Below the pieces are notes generated by a model that was not told where the DNA came from, made no database searches, and saw only the letters and a list, made by a program, of their open reading frames with translations. A stretch of DNA of 64,000 bases. Origin: Bacteroidales bacterium. GTDB lineage: Bacteria; Bacteroidota; Bacteroidia; Bacteroidales; WCHB1-69. Each line of letters opens with the position of its first letter. The first letter of the stretch is position 1. Location of the stretch: contig JAFXTS010000021.1 in the NCBI GenBank assembly GCA_017535665.1, positions 4,796 to 68,795 of the forward strand, written 5' to 3'. This document shows, piece by piece, positions 9,375-18,750 of the stretch. Made by a program: the position numbers and the translations under genes.

Positions 9375-12173
9375 ATGAGAAAAATTCTATTGATTTTATT
9401 TGCTTTCTGCACTTTAATGGGTGCGGTGAAAGCGCAGGAAGATGCCACCATCTCTCCTGATGAAATCCAGTATTGGATTGGCGAGGGTGAAAACGAAGCC
9501 ATCCTCATCGTGCAATGGTGCGACCCGGAAATCGCCTTCGCATGGGGCTACCGCTTCGATGGCGAGGTTAATGTTCAAACCATGTTGGATGACATTGCTG
9601 CTGAAGACAGCCGATTCACATATGACGGTGATGCCAGTACAGTGAACCAGATTTACTACAATGATGATGACTACAGCTTGGCATTGGTGGGCTGGTACTG
9701 GATGTACAATATGAATGGTTGGATGGCCGGCCTCGGCTACACTTCACAGATGATCACTAACGGTGACGTGGTGAAATGGGGTGATGTAGAATGCGCAACC
9801 GAAGTGGGTGACATGTCTGATTGGGAAAACTTCACCTATATCTGGACTACCGAAGTAACTCCCGTTTCCAACCCGAACGGCACTGAAGTAGTAGATGCTA
9901 CCATCTCCGCCGATGAAATTGAATATTGGGTAGGCGAAGGTGAAAACGAAGTTGTGGTTATTATCAGCTGGTGTGAAGAAACTGAAACTGCTTTGGCATG
10001 GGGTTATCGTTTCAACGGAGAGACCAACCTGTTCGCTGCGTTGACTGACATTGCCGCTGCTGATGACCGTCTGACCGTTGTGGGTTCCGCCCCCAGCGAC
10101 ATTCTTTATGAAGATGACGAATATAGCCTGAATATGACTGGCGACTATCCGATGCACGGAATTAATGGAGCTATCGGACAGACGGGCATGTCGGGACAGG
10201 CCATCGTAGATGGTGATATTGCAAAAATTGGTGGTTACGACTGCGCCATTATTGAAGGCGGCTGGACAGATGGCACCATTTCTTGGACCACTCCCGTGAT
10301 TCCCGCCACTGAACCTGAAGACGAAATGGTAGATGCTACCATCTCCGCTGACGAAATCGAATACTGGATTGGCGAAGGTGAAAACGAAGCCATTCTCATC
10401 GTGCAATGGTGCGATCCCGAAATCGCTTTTGCATGGGGTTACCGCTTTGATGGCGAGGTGAATGTTCAAACCATGTTGGATGATATCACTGCCGAAGACA
10501 GCCGCCTCACTTACGAAGGCGATGCCAGTACCGTGAATCAGATTTATTATAATGATGATGACTACAGCTTGGCCTTGGTGGGATTGTATTGGATGTACAA
10601 TATGAACGGCTGGATGGCCGGTCTTGGCTACACGTCACAGATGATCACTGACGGTGACGTTGTGAAATGGGGCGATGTAGAATGCGCAACCGAAGTGGGT
10701 GACATGTCAGACTGGGAAAACTTTACCTATATTTGGACTACCGAAGTCACCCCCGTTTCCAACCCGAACGCCCCCGAAGAGGTGGTGGATGCTACCATCT
10801 CCGCCGATGAAGTCGAGTACTGGCTGGGTGAAGGTGAGAACCAAGTGGTGGTCGCCATCAGCTGGTGCAGCAACACCCAGGCCGCTCTGGCATGGGGCTA
10901 CCGTTTCCATGGTGATGCCACCGTCTTTGACGCGCTGACCGCTATTGCCGCTGCCGACAGCCGTCTGGCTGTGGTGGGCGCCGCTCCCTCCAACGTCACT
11001 TATCAGGATGGTGAGCTCGACCTTACCATGCAACCCAACCCGAACGCCCAGTGGGGCGATCCCGATTACGATGCTCCCATGCACAGCATCAATGGTTTGA
11101 TGGGACAGAACTATATGGCCGCCGAACCGATTCACGATGGTGATTTTGTGAAGATTGGTGGCAGCGCTTGCGGCATCTTTTCTGATGACTGGAGCAGCAT
11201 TTCATGGACTGCTTCCATCAATCCCGCCACTGCTCCCACTGAAGTGGGTCCGAGCGACGAGACCTTCGACGGCGTGGTTGGCACCGAAGGCTGCCAGGGT
11301 ATCCACTGCCAAGATCCCGCCATCCTCGGCTGGGCTACCACCTGCACCATTGAACGCGGCCGCCAGAACATCACCACTCCCGGCGTTTTCGCCACCTACG
11401 GCACTGAAAACGACGGCGTGGGCGCCGCTACCGAAAGCACGGGCGACGTGGTCAGCTTAGGCGACTACGGTATTGCCGTCCTTACCTTCGACATCCCGAT
11501 TCAGAACGGTGACGGTTACGATTTCGCCGTGTTTGAAAACTCTTTGAACGACTCCTTCCTTGAAATGGCCTTTGTGGAGGTGAGCTCCGACGGTGTGAAC
11601 TACTTCCGTTTCCCCGCTATCTCCAACTCTGACACCACCGTACAGGTGGACAACGGCGGCAGCGTGGATGCCACCCTCATCCACAACCTTGCCGGTAAAT
11701 ATCGCGCTGGCTGGGGTACTCCTTTCGATCTGGAAGAACTCGCCGGCAACGATGATCTCGACATCAACAACATCACCCACATCCGTCTCGTGGACGTGGT
11801 GGGTTGCGTTGCACCGCGCTATGCTACCCGCGACAGCCGCGGCCACATCATCAACGATCCTTATCCGACACCTTTCCACTCCAGCGGCTTCGACCTTGAC
11901 GGCGTTTGCGTGCTCAACGGCTGGAGACCCAATGGCGTTGAAGAGAACACGATGGTGAACCACACTCTTACGGTATATCCCAACCCGTGCCACAGCAACA
12001 TCACCCTCAACACCGAAGCCCATGACGTGGTCATGCTCTTCAACATGCAGGGCGCACTGCTGCAGCGCGTAGTGGCTACCGACAATACGACTACCTTGAA
12101 TATGCAAGACCTGCCCGCCGGCATGTACATCGTGCGCTGCGGCAACCAGTCGGCCAAGGTCGTCAAACAGTAA
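9375..12173 (+). CDS. T9SS-sorted secreted protein with four approx. 145-aa repeat domains (A-B-A'-B'), a C-terminal beta-sandwich-like domain and a type A Por sorting domain
   Basis: 932 aa. Signal peptide MRKILLILFAFCTLMGAVKAQ. The repeat signature DATISADEIEYW.GEGEN....I.WC......A.AWGYRF occurs 4 times. The C-terminal LTVYPNPCHSNITL...LPAGMYIVRCGNQSAKVVKQ is typical of a T9SS CTD. Confidence 0.7.
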   Translation: MRKILLILFAFCTLMGAVKAQEDATISPDEIQYWIGEGENEAILIVQWCDPEIAFAWGYRFDGEVNVQTMLDDIAAEDSRFTYDGDASTVNQIYYNDDDYSLALVGWYWMYNMNGWMAGLGYTSQMITNGDVVKWGDVECATEVGDMSDWENFTYIWTTEVTPVSNPNGTEVVDATISADEIEYWVGEGENEVVVIISWCEETETALAWGYRFNGETNLFAALTDIAAADDRLTVVGSAPSDILYEDDEYSLNMTGDYPMHGINGAIGQTGMSGQAIVDGDIAKIGGYDCAIIEGGWTDGTISWTTPVIPATEPEDEMVDATISADEIEYWIGEGENEAILIVQWCDPEIAFAWGYRFDGEVNVQTMLDDITAEDSRLTYEGDASTVNQIYYNDDDYSLALVGLYWMYNMNGWMAGLGYTSQMITDGDVVKWGDVECATEVGDMSDWENFTYIWTTEVTPVSNPNAPEEVVDATISADEVEYWLGEGENQVVVAISWCSNTQAALAWGYRFHGDATVFDALTAIAAADSRLAVVGAAPSNVTYQDGELDLTMQPNPNAQWGDPDYDAPMHSINGLMGQNYMAAEPIHDGDFVKIGGSACGIFSDDWSSISWTASINPATAPTEVGPSDETFDGVVGTEGCQGIHCQDPAILGWATTCTIERGRQNITTPGVFATYGTENDGVGAATESTGDVVSLGDYGIAVLTFDIPIQNGDGYDFAVFENSLNDSFLEMAFVEVSSDGVNYFRFPAISNSDTTVQVDNGGSVDATLIHNLAGKYRAGWGTPFDLEELAGNDDLDINNITHIRLVDVVGCVAPRYATRDSRGHIINDPYPTPFHSSGFDLDGVCVLNGWRPNGVEENTMVNHTLTVYPNPCHSNITLNTEAHDVVMLFNMQGALLQRVVATDNTTTLNMQDLPAGMYIVRCGNQSAKVVKQ

Positions 12174-12291
12174 ATCAGACTTTACGACTGATTTGATTAG
12201 GACGCTTTTAGCGGGTTGTGCTCTGAACGGGTGCAATCCGCTAAATTATTTCAAACTATACTAACATCACCAATTTTCCGTTTATCACACC

Positions 12292-14466
12292 ATGACAACC
12301 TGCCATGCATCCACAACACCCTTCCCCCGCCTATCGCATGGGCTGACGCTCGTACTGGGCGGATTGCTGGTGTTCTGTGCCTTGCAAGGAAAGGCGCAGC
12401 AGCAAGACACTATCTATCAGCTGGATGCTATTACGGTACAGGGTAAGAATGAGATTCCTGCCGTGCAGAGCATCGCGCCGGTACAGAGTATGGATGCCGA
12501 AAGGTTGGAGGCCATGCCCGCCGTGCAGGTCAGCGACGTGCTGAAACTCTTCTCCGGCGTGGTCATCAAGGACTACGGCGGCGTAGGCGGCATGAAAACC
12601 GTGTCGGTCCGCGGCTTCGGCAGTCAGCATACAGCGGTGTGCTACGACGGCATCGTGGTGAGCGACTGCCAGACCGGCCAGATCGACCTGTCGAAATTCT
12701 CGCTGCAAAATACCGGCAACGTGGAGCTGGTGACCGGCTCCGACAACAGCATCTTCCTGCCCGCGCGTGCCGCCGCCAGTGCCAGCACCATCACCCTCAA
12801 CACCAAAGTACCCCCCCATCCCCTCAACCGTCCCATACAACGCAGTGAGCTTCCCGTGAATGTCGATTTCCGCTTTACCGGCGGCTCCTTCGGCCTCATC
12901 AACCCCTCGCTCATCATCGAAAATCGTATTCTTCCCCGCGCCAAAGAACGCTATCCTTATATCGCTTCTTCATTTAATATCAATTACTTACAATCAAAAG
13001 GCGACTATCCTTTCATCCTCTATTACGGCAACCAGGGCGACAGCACCTCGGTGGAACGCCGCAGCAACTCCGATGTCCACATCTTCAATGTGGAGGAGAA
13101 TCTCTTCGTGGACTTTAACGCGCAGTCGCAGATGAAGGTCAAGCTCTACTACTACCAGTCGGAGCGCGGACTGCCCGGTGCTGTCATCTTCTATAAGCAA
13201 GGCAATAGTCAGCGGTTGTACGACCAGAATGCCTTCGGACAGGTGCATTTCGAGCACCGCTTCCACCGTCCGTGGGCCTATCAGCTCAATGCCAAGTTCA
13301 ACTTCGCCCTGCAACGCTATATCGACTCCAACTACCTCAATGCGGAAGGTTTTCTGCACAATGTGTATGCGCAGCGCGAGTATTACCTGTCGAATGTGGT
13401 GCTCTACCAGCCGCACAAAATCATCTCTCTGTCGTTGGCCAACGACCTGATTTACGGCAACATGAACGCCAACCTGCACGAGTTTGTCACCCCGAGCCGG
13501 TTCCAGTCGCTCACCGTGTTGGCGGCGAAGGTGACGGTACGGCACATCAATGCCCATGCGCGGTTGTTGCACACCGGCGTGGTCAACCGCGTCAAAATTG
13601 GCGAGGCCTCCGGCAACCTGAGCCGTTTCTCGCCGTCGGCGGGCATCTCCTACCAGCCGCTGCTCAATGAGGAACTCCACCTCCGCCTTTTCTACCAGAA
13701 CATCTTCCGTCTCCCCACCTTCAACGACCTCTATTACACCGAAGTAGGCAACCGCAATCTGCGGCCCGAAGACACTCACCAGCTCGATGCTGGCGTTACC
13801 TACAGCAAGAGTTTCCACTGGGGATTGCTGGAGGCCACCACCTCTGCCGACGGCGACTATCGCCATACCTTCAGCCTGTTTTTCACCGCCGACGGCTATT
13901 ACAACCGCGTGAAAGACAAGATTGTAGCCATCCCCAGCAAGAACCTTTTCGTATGGACGATGCTGAATTTTGGCAAAGTGGAGATGGCGGGGATGGATGT
14001 CAATGCCCATTTCAGTTACGAGTACGGTGATTCCAAATGGTTCAAAGGAGTTTCATTATCAGGAAGTTACTCCTTGCAGTATGCGGTTGACCGCACCGAT
14101 CCCACGGGCAAGACCTACGGGCATCAGATTCCTTACACGCCGTTGCATTCGGGTTCGGTGGCGGCGAGTGTGCAGCTACAGTATGTGGAGGTGGGTTACA
14201 CCATGGTGGCGGCCGGCAAGCGCTACACGCTGCAGCAGAATGTGCCCACCAACGAGTTGCAGCCCTACACCGACCATAGTCTGTCGCTCACGGCGCGCTG
14301 GCCGATGGAGGTGAACCGTTGTGTGGGGCGTGTGGGACGGCGCTACATCATCGAGTTAGGGCTCAAGGCCGAGCTGTTGAATCTGGCGGACCGCCATTAC
14401 GAAATCATCCGCAACTACCCGATGCAGGGCCGCAGTTTCCGATTGACGGGCTGGGTGAAGTTCTGA
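12292..14466 (+). CDS. TonB-dependent outer-membrane receptor, BtuB-like by context
   Basis: 724 aa. Plug region DAITVQGK...VQVSDVLKLFSGVVIKDYGGVGGMKTVSVRGFGSQHTAVCYDG. The beta-barrel ends in the aromatic terminal residue of RSFRLTGWVKF. It is the third gene of the riboswitch-led unit. Confidence 0.85.
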   Translation: MTTCHASTTPFPRLSHGLTLVLGGLLVFCALQGKAQQQDTIYQLDAITVQGKNEIPAVQSIAPVQSMDAERLEAMPAVQVSDVLKLFSGVVIKDYGGVGGMKTVSVRGFGSQHTAVCYDGIVVSDCQTGQIDLSKFSLQNTGNVELVTGSDNSIFLPARAAASASTITLNTKVPPHPLNRPIQRSELPVNVDFRFTGGSFGLINPSLIIENRILPRAKERYPYIASSFNINYLQSKGDYPFILYYGNQGDSTSVERRSNSDVHIFNVEENLFVDFNAQSQMKVKLYYYQSERGLPGAVIFYKQGNSQRLYDQNAFGQVHFEHRFHRPWAYQLNAKFNFALQRYIDSNYLNAEGFLHNVYAQREYYLSNVVLYQPHKIISLSLANDLIYGNMNANLHEFVTPSRFQSLTVLAAKVTVRHINAHARLLHTGVVNRVKIGEASGNLSRFSPSAGISYQPLLNEELHLRLFYQNIFRLPTFNDLYYTEVGNRNLRPEDTHQLDAGVTYSKSFHWGLLEATTSADGDYRHTFSLFFTADGYYNRVKDKIVAIPSKNLFVWTMLNFGKVEMAGMDVNAHFSYEYGDSKWFKGVSLSGSYSLQYAVDRTDPTGKTYGHQIPYTPLHSGSVAASVQLQYVEVGYTMVAAGKRYTLQQNVPTNELQPYTDHSLSLTARWPMEVNRCVGRVGRRYIIELGLKAELLNLADRHYEIIRNYPMQGRSFRLTGWVKF

Positions 14467-14612
14467 TTTTCCCCAATAAAAGTGTATTTTTGAGCTTGAT
14501 TGGCCAATAGACAATCCATCTCACCCGCAAAAAATCCCGCTTCACCAAGTTTTGTGTTTTTCCAATTCAAACATCTTGTATCTTTGCATTCTGATTTTGA
14601 ATCCTGTTTCTA

Positions 14613-15431
14613 ATGAAGAAAAAACGTGTCCTTCACATCATTCTAATCGTGGCTGTCATCTCCTTGATTAGCTGGCTGCTTTACTATCTGGTTTGGTTTC
14701 TCTTTGACCCGGATCTGAGAATGGAATTCTACAAAGGCTGGCCGTTCCATCCGCTGGAAATGCTGCTTGACTATGCGGTGTGCTGTTTTGTAACCTTTAC
14801 GGCCACCATCTATTACCTGCGTTCCTACGACCGGGCCGAACGTGAGCGCGACCGATACAAGCTGCTGGCGTTGGAGAACCAAATTAACCCGCATTTCGTG
14901 TTCAACAACTTCAGCACGCTGGCCGAACTGATAGAGGTGGATCCGAAAAAGGCCACTACATACCTGATGAATCTTTCCAACGTCTATCGCTATGCTCTCT
15001 CTCACCTTGAACACGACAAAGTGAGCCTGCAGGACGAACTGACCTACTTGCGACAGTATCTGCAGTTGCTTAGCGAGCGTTTTGGCGATACCATTCGTGT
15101 GGATATTTCTCCAGAAGTGGCTGACGGTCAAGGATGTGTGCCGCCTGCTGTGTTGCAGATGATGGTGGAGAACGCCATCAAGCACAACGAGCACACCGCC
15201 GCACACCCGCTGAACATTGACATCTTTGGCGACGGCCGGAACATTACTGTACGCAACAACAAACGCCTCGTGCCTATGCCCGAATCCACACAAATTGGCA
15301 TACACAACATCGAGGAACGATACCGCCTGCTTACCCGCCAGAAGGTGCGGATTGAAGATGGTTGCGACAGCTATGCGATAACGATACCGGTGATAGTTGA
15401 AAACGGAAAATTGAAAACTGAAAGTTTATGA
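14613..15431 (+). CDS. Sensor histidine kinase, LytS/YehU-type (His_kinase plus HATPase)
   Basis: 272 aa. Two N-terminal TM helices, H-box region QINPHFVFNNFSTL and N-box MVENAIKHN. It overlaps the downstream regulator gene by 4 nt. Confidence 0.85.
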   Translation: MKKKRVLHIILIVAVISLISWLLYYLVWFLFDPDLRMEFYKGWPFHPLEMLLDYAVCCFVTFTATIYYLRSYDRAERERDRYKLLALENQINPHFVFNNFSTLAELIEVDPKKATTYLMNLSNVYRYALSHLEHDKVSLQDELTYLRQYLQLLSERFGDTIRVDISPEVADGQGCVPPAVLQMMVENAIKHNEHTAAHPLNIDIFGDGRNITVRNNKRLVPMPESTQIGIHNIEERYRLLTRQKVRIEDGCDSYAITIPVIVENGKLKTESL

Positions 15432-16177
15432 GAATTTTAATTATAGAAGATGAGCAGAACAATGCCGAACGTTTGGTGAGGTTGGTGAAGGATGTTCGCC
15501 CCGATGCCGAGATTGTGGCTGTGTTGGCAAGCAATGCGGAGGTGGAGGATTTCTTCAGGCAAGCAGACAACACAGCGGATGTGATATTGTCGGACATCCG
15601 GTTGGGCGATGGCTTGAGTTTCGTAGGGTTGAAGTCCGCCCCGCAGTCGCTGCCCGTGATTTTTACCACCGCCTACGATCAATATGCGCTGCAAGCCTTC
15701 AAATACAACGGTCTCGACTATCTGCTGAAACCCATTGATGCCGAGGAGCTTCGGCAAGCATTGGACAAGGTGGTTGTGGAACACACCACCACCACGGAAG
15801 ACATCCGGCAGCTGTTAGCCTCTGTGGGCAGCATCCGTTACCGTGAGCGTTTCCTCATTGCCTTTCGCGACACCTTCCACGTGGTATCCGTAGGCGAGAT
15901 GAACCACGTGGGTATCAGCGACGGCATCGTTCGTCTCTACACCACCGGCGGCAAATCGCACCTGCTGAACATGACACTGGACGAACTGGAGAAGCAACTT
16001 GACCCCGAGCGGTTTATGCGTGTCAACCGGCAGTATATTGTCAGTGCGGCAGCGGTGGAGAAGCTGTCAGCCCATTTTCTCGGCAAGATGCGCGTCCACC
16101 TCAAAGGCTATCCCGACACGGAGGTCATCGTGAGCCGCGAGAAGGTGTCGGCGGTAAAGCGCTGGCTGGACTTTTGA
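15428..16177 (+). CDS. LytTR-family DNA-binding response regulator
   Basis: 249 aa. The receiver domain (MRILIIEDE ... VILSDIRLGDG ... DYLLKP) is followed by a LytTR-like C-terminus (FMRVNRQYIV). Confidence 0.9.
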   Translation: MRILIIEDEQNNAERLVRLVKDVRPDAEIVAVLASNAEVEDFFRQADNTADVILSDIRLGDGLSFVGLKSAPQSLPVIFTTAYDQYALQAFKYNGLDYLLKPIDAEELRQALDKVVVEHTTTTEDIRQLLASVGSIRYRERFLIAFRDTFHVVSVGEMNHVGISDGIVRLYTTGGKSHLLNMTLDELEKQLDPERFMRVNRQYIVSAAAVEKLSAHFLGKMRVHLKGYPDTEVIVSREKVSAVKRWLDF

Positions 16178-16184
16178 AAGTTAA

Positions 16185-16211
16185 TAATTGATAATTGACA
16201 ATTAACAATTA
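16185..16211. promoter_or_regulatory. AT-rich 27-bp palindrome between the response regulator and the efflux adaptor gene (possible operator or weak terminator)
   Basis: The arms taattgataattg and caattaacaatta flank a central a, with one mismatch between arms. It lies 8 nt after the regulator stop. Confidence 0.3.
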
Positions 16212-16343
16212 CAAGTTATAGTGGCTGTTACAGCATTTGTCGTTGGTGGCTATGACGGTTCACCATTGATTTTTCCCGCTTCATTTATTATTACATTTTT
16301 GCTTCGCCAATAAATCCTCACTTTTGCATCCCAATTTATAAGG

Positions 16344-17438
16344 ATGTACAAAATGAAGAGGATGATATGGATATTGTTGCCGATGGTGATGCTTTCGTGT
16401 GCATCGCGGCAGCAGAAAGAGGGCGATGAGCCTAAACACTACGATTTGCTGACTATCACTGCCAGCGACCACGAGCTTACCACTGAATATGCTGCTTCGC
16501 TGAAAGGACAGCAGGATATTCGCATCATTCCTCGTATAGAAGGCTATCTGCAAGGCATTTATGTGAAGGAGGGCGAACAGGTGAAAGAGGGACAGTTGTT
16601 GTTTAAAGTGGATGCGGCGACCTATAGGGCAGCGGTTGAGGCCGCCAACGCCAATGTGCAGCAGATGAGGGCGGCCTTGGAAAAGGCACAATTGGAATAC
16701 GAAGGCAAGCAGAAACTCCGTGCAAAGAATGTCATCTCTAACTATGAACTGGCATCCTCAAAAAGCGACCTCGCTGTAGCAAAAGCCAATCTTGCAGCAG
16801 CTCAAGCCGCACTAACTTCTGCACGCAACGACCTTAGTTATACGGAATTGCGCAGCCCGTCGGACGGGGTTGTCGGAAGAATACGCTATCGCAAGGGTGA
16901 TTTTGTGACTCCCACCATGCAGGATGGCCTCACCATTGTGGCCGACAACCGCCACATCCGCGCTTACTTCTCTATGAGCGAAACCGTTTTGATGAATTAC
17001 CTAAGCGAATACAAGACGATGGAAGCGGCTGTCAATCAGATGCCTGAAGTGAAACTGCTCCCCCCGAACGGTCAATTCTACAGTCAAACGGGTCGTGTGG
17101 AGAGCATCAGCGGGATTGTGGACGAGGCAACGGGGGCGGTCTCCGTGTGCGCCCTCTTCGACAACCGCGACGGCATTCTTCTCAGCGGCGGTACAGGCAA
17201 AATCGTAATGCCTGCTGTTAAGAAAAACGCCATCGTCATACCGCAGGAGGCCACTTACGAGATTCAGGACAAAGTGTATGTGTATAAGGTCGTTGATGGC
17301 AAGACGGTCTCCACCATCGTGCAAGTGGCATCGCATAACAACGGCAAGGAGTACGTGGTCATCAGCGGCCTCCATGAGGGCGATGTGATTGTTGCCAAAG
17401 GCGCGGGGTTTGTGGAGGAAGGAGAAAGAGTGAGGTGA
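16344..17438 (+). CDS. RND efflux periplasmic adaptor (membrane fusion protein)
   Basis: 364 aa. Lipoprotein-like N-terminus (MVMLSCAS), a lipoyl/hairpin architecture (IPRIEGYLQGIYVKEGEQVKEGQLLFKVD ... coiled coil ... ELRSPSDGVVG) and a beta-barrel C-terminus. Confidence 0.9.
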   Translation: MYKMKRMIWILLPMVMLSCASRQQKEGDEPKHYDLLTITASDHELTTEYAASLKGQQDIRIIPRIEGYLQGIYVKEGEQVKEGQLLFKVDAATYRAAVEAANANVQQMRAALEKAQLEYEGKQKLRAKNVISNYELASSKSDLAVAKANLAAAQAALTSARNDLSYTELRSPSDGVVGRIRYRKGDFVTPTMQDGLTIVADNRHIRAYFSMSETVLMNYLSEYKTMEAAVNQMPEVKLLPPNGQFYSQTGRVESISGIVDEATGAVSVCALFDNRDGILLSGGTGKIVMPAVKKNAIVIPQEATYEIQDKVYVYKVVDGKTVSTIVQVASHNNGKEYVVISGLHEGDVIVAKGAGFVEEGERVR

Positions 17439-17469
17439 AAATCAGATTATGTTTGTAGCTAACTATATT

Positions 17470-18750
17470 TTATAGTTTTACTGCCTTTAATTGACCAAAT
17501 TGATTCATGTCCATTTCCATTTGGTAGAACTCAATACCTTTTTCTATCATATTCTCTTGCAAATCGTATGTGATAAGTTTCTGGTCCTTCAGTATTTTTC
17601 TAATAGTATCCTTGTCCGATTGAGCGCATTTCACCCCAAAATATACAGCTTCAATACAATTAGGAATATCTATCTGCTTATGTTTTCCTGTGCCATCAAT
17701 GTCAAAATAAAGATAACGCAACTCGTTTTCATATTCCCAGTTTTTACTTTTCAAAAAGAAAGAATCCTCAACTGATATGGAATCCTTATTTGAATATTTT
17801 GACATGTCATTTTCAGAATATTTAACGTCTTTGAAATATGAAATAATCCTATTGCTGCTTGTTATCATCTTGGTCATTTTAGCATTAAAATGATATTTAA
17901 TGCAAACTCCTTTATGGAAATCTGCATAATGTGCCCACATTAATTCGTTTAAATATTCATCTTTATCACAACCTTGTTTATGTAAATAAATAGGATTTCC
18001 ATCCTCATTGGTTTTCGGTTCACCTTGTTCACTTATTTCTGGTAATAATTTTATTTTTCTAGAGAAGCAAGCAATCTTCAGACTGTCGTTGTATGCTTTG
18101 AGGATTAATTTGTTAATTTCATCATCGTACATGTTTAGTAGAACAAGAATAGGGCAATCAAATGGATCATTAAATTCTGAAGGAGATGAGATGTTTAATT
18201 GTTCGTTTATTAGGGATTTATAGAGAAATTCGTTACATTTTCTAAAACCATATGCTGACAACCCTGCATATGATTTATGATTTGATTGTTCCAAGAGAAA
18301 AAAAAGAGATTTCTTAAAGGCTAACAGCGCATCATCCTCATATCTTGTTCCCAATTTATGCCAACATAAACCAAGATTAAAGTATAAAGCTTCTTTTATT
18401 GATATTTTATAACGACAATCTTTGTCTCTATCATAAGTATCAATAAGTTCCTTCAGGTGGATAACTTCGCTTTCTTTGCATGGAAGTTGTTCTATAGCTG
18501 CAGAGTATTTAATCAGTGCTTGCCCTAATTTTGACGCTCCGTCTTCATTGAATCTGTTAGCCCTTCCTAAATAAGGACACAAACGCAACCATTCTTCGCT
18601 AAAAGACCGTTTTGCTTTTTCTGCATTAGTCTTATTAATCTGCTGATAATTATTTATATACGATTCTATTTCAAACTCGTATTTTCTCAGTTTACATTTT
18701 CTTATTGAATCTAAAATTACTATAATCAAACTTTTCATCCTATATATCAT
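17470..18750 (-). CDS. DUF2971-family protein with an approx. 170-aa helical N-terminal extension
   Basis: 426 aa. DUF2971 signature motifs as I recall them: SEFNDPFDCP, LMWAHYADFHKGVCIKYHF and KSKNWEYENELRYLY. Its ATG overlaps the stop of the upstream gene (ATGA). Very low GC. Confidence 0.7.
   Translation of the reverse strand: MIYRMKSLIIVILDSIRKCKLRKYEFEIESYINNYQQINKTNAEKAKRSFSEEWLRLCPYLGRANRFNEDGASKLGQALIKYSAAIEQLPCKESEVIHLKELIDTYDRDKDCRYKISIKEALYFNLGLCWHKLGTRYEDDALLAFKKSLFFLLEQSNHKSYAGLSAYGFRKCNEFLYKSLINEQLNISSPSEFNDPFDCPILVLLNMYDDEINKLILKAYNDSLKIACFSRKIKLLPEISEQGEPKTNEDGNPIYLHKQGCDKDEYLNELMWAHYADFHKGVCIKYHFNAKMTKMITSSNRIISYFKDVKYSENDMSKYSNKDSISVEDSFFLKSKNWEYENELRYLYFDIDGTGKHKQIDIPNCIEAVYFGVKCAQSDKDTIRKILKDQKLITYDLQENMIEKGIEFYQMEMDMNQFGQLKAVKL

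Noticed and set aside
12994-14010. 338-aa minus-strand ORF inside the TonB-dependent receptor gene.
   Set aside because: It is antisense to a CDS with clear plug and barrel motifs. The translation is repetitive (V/G/E/R/H-rich) with no motifs.
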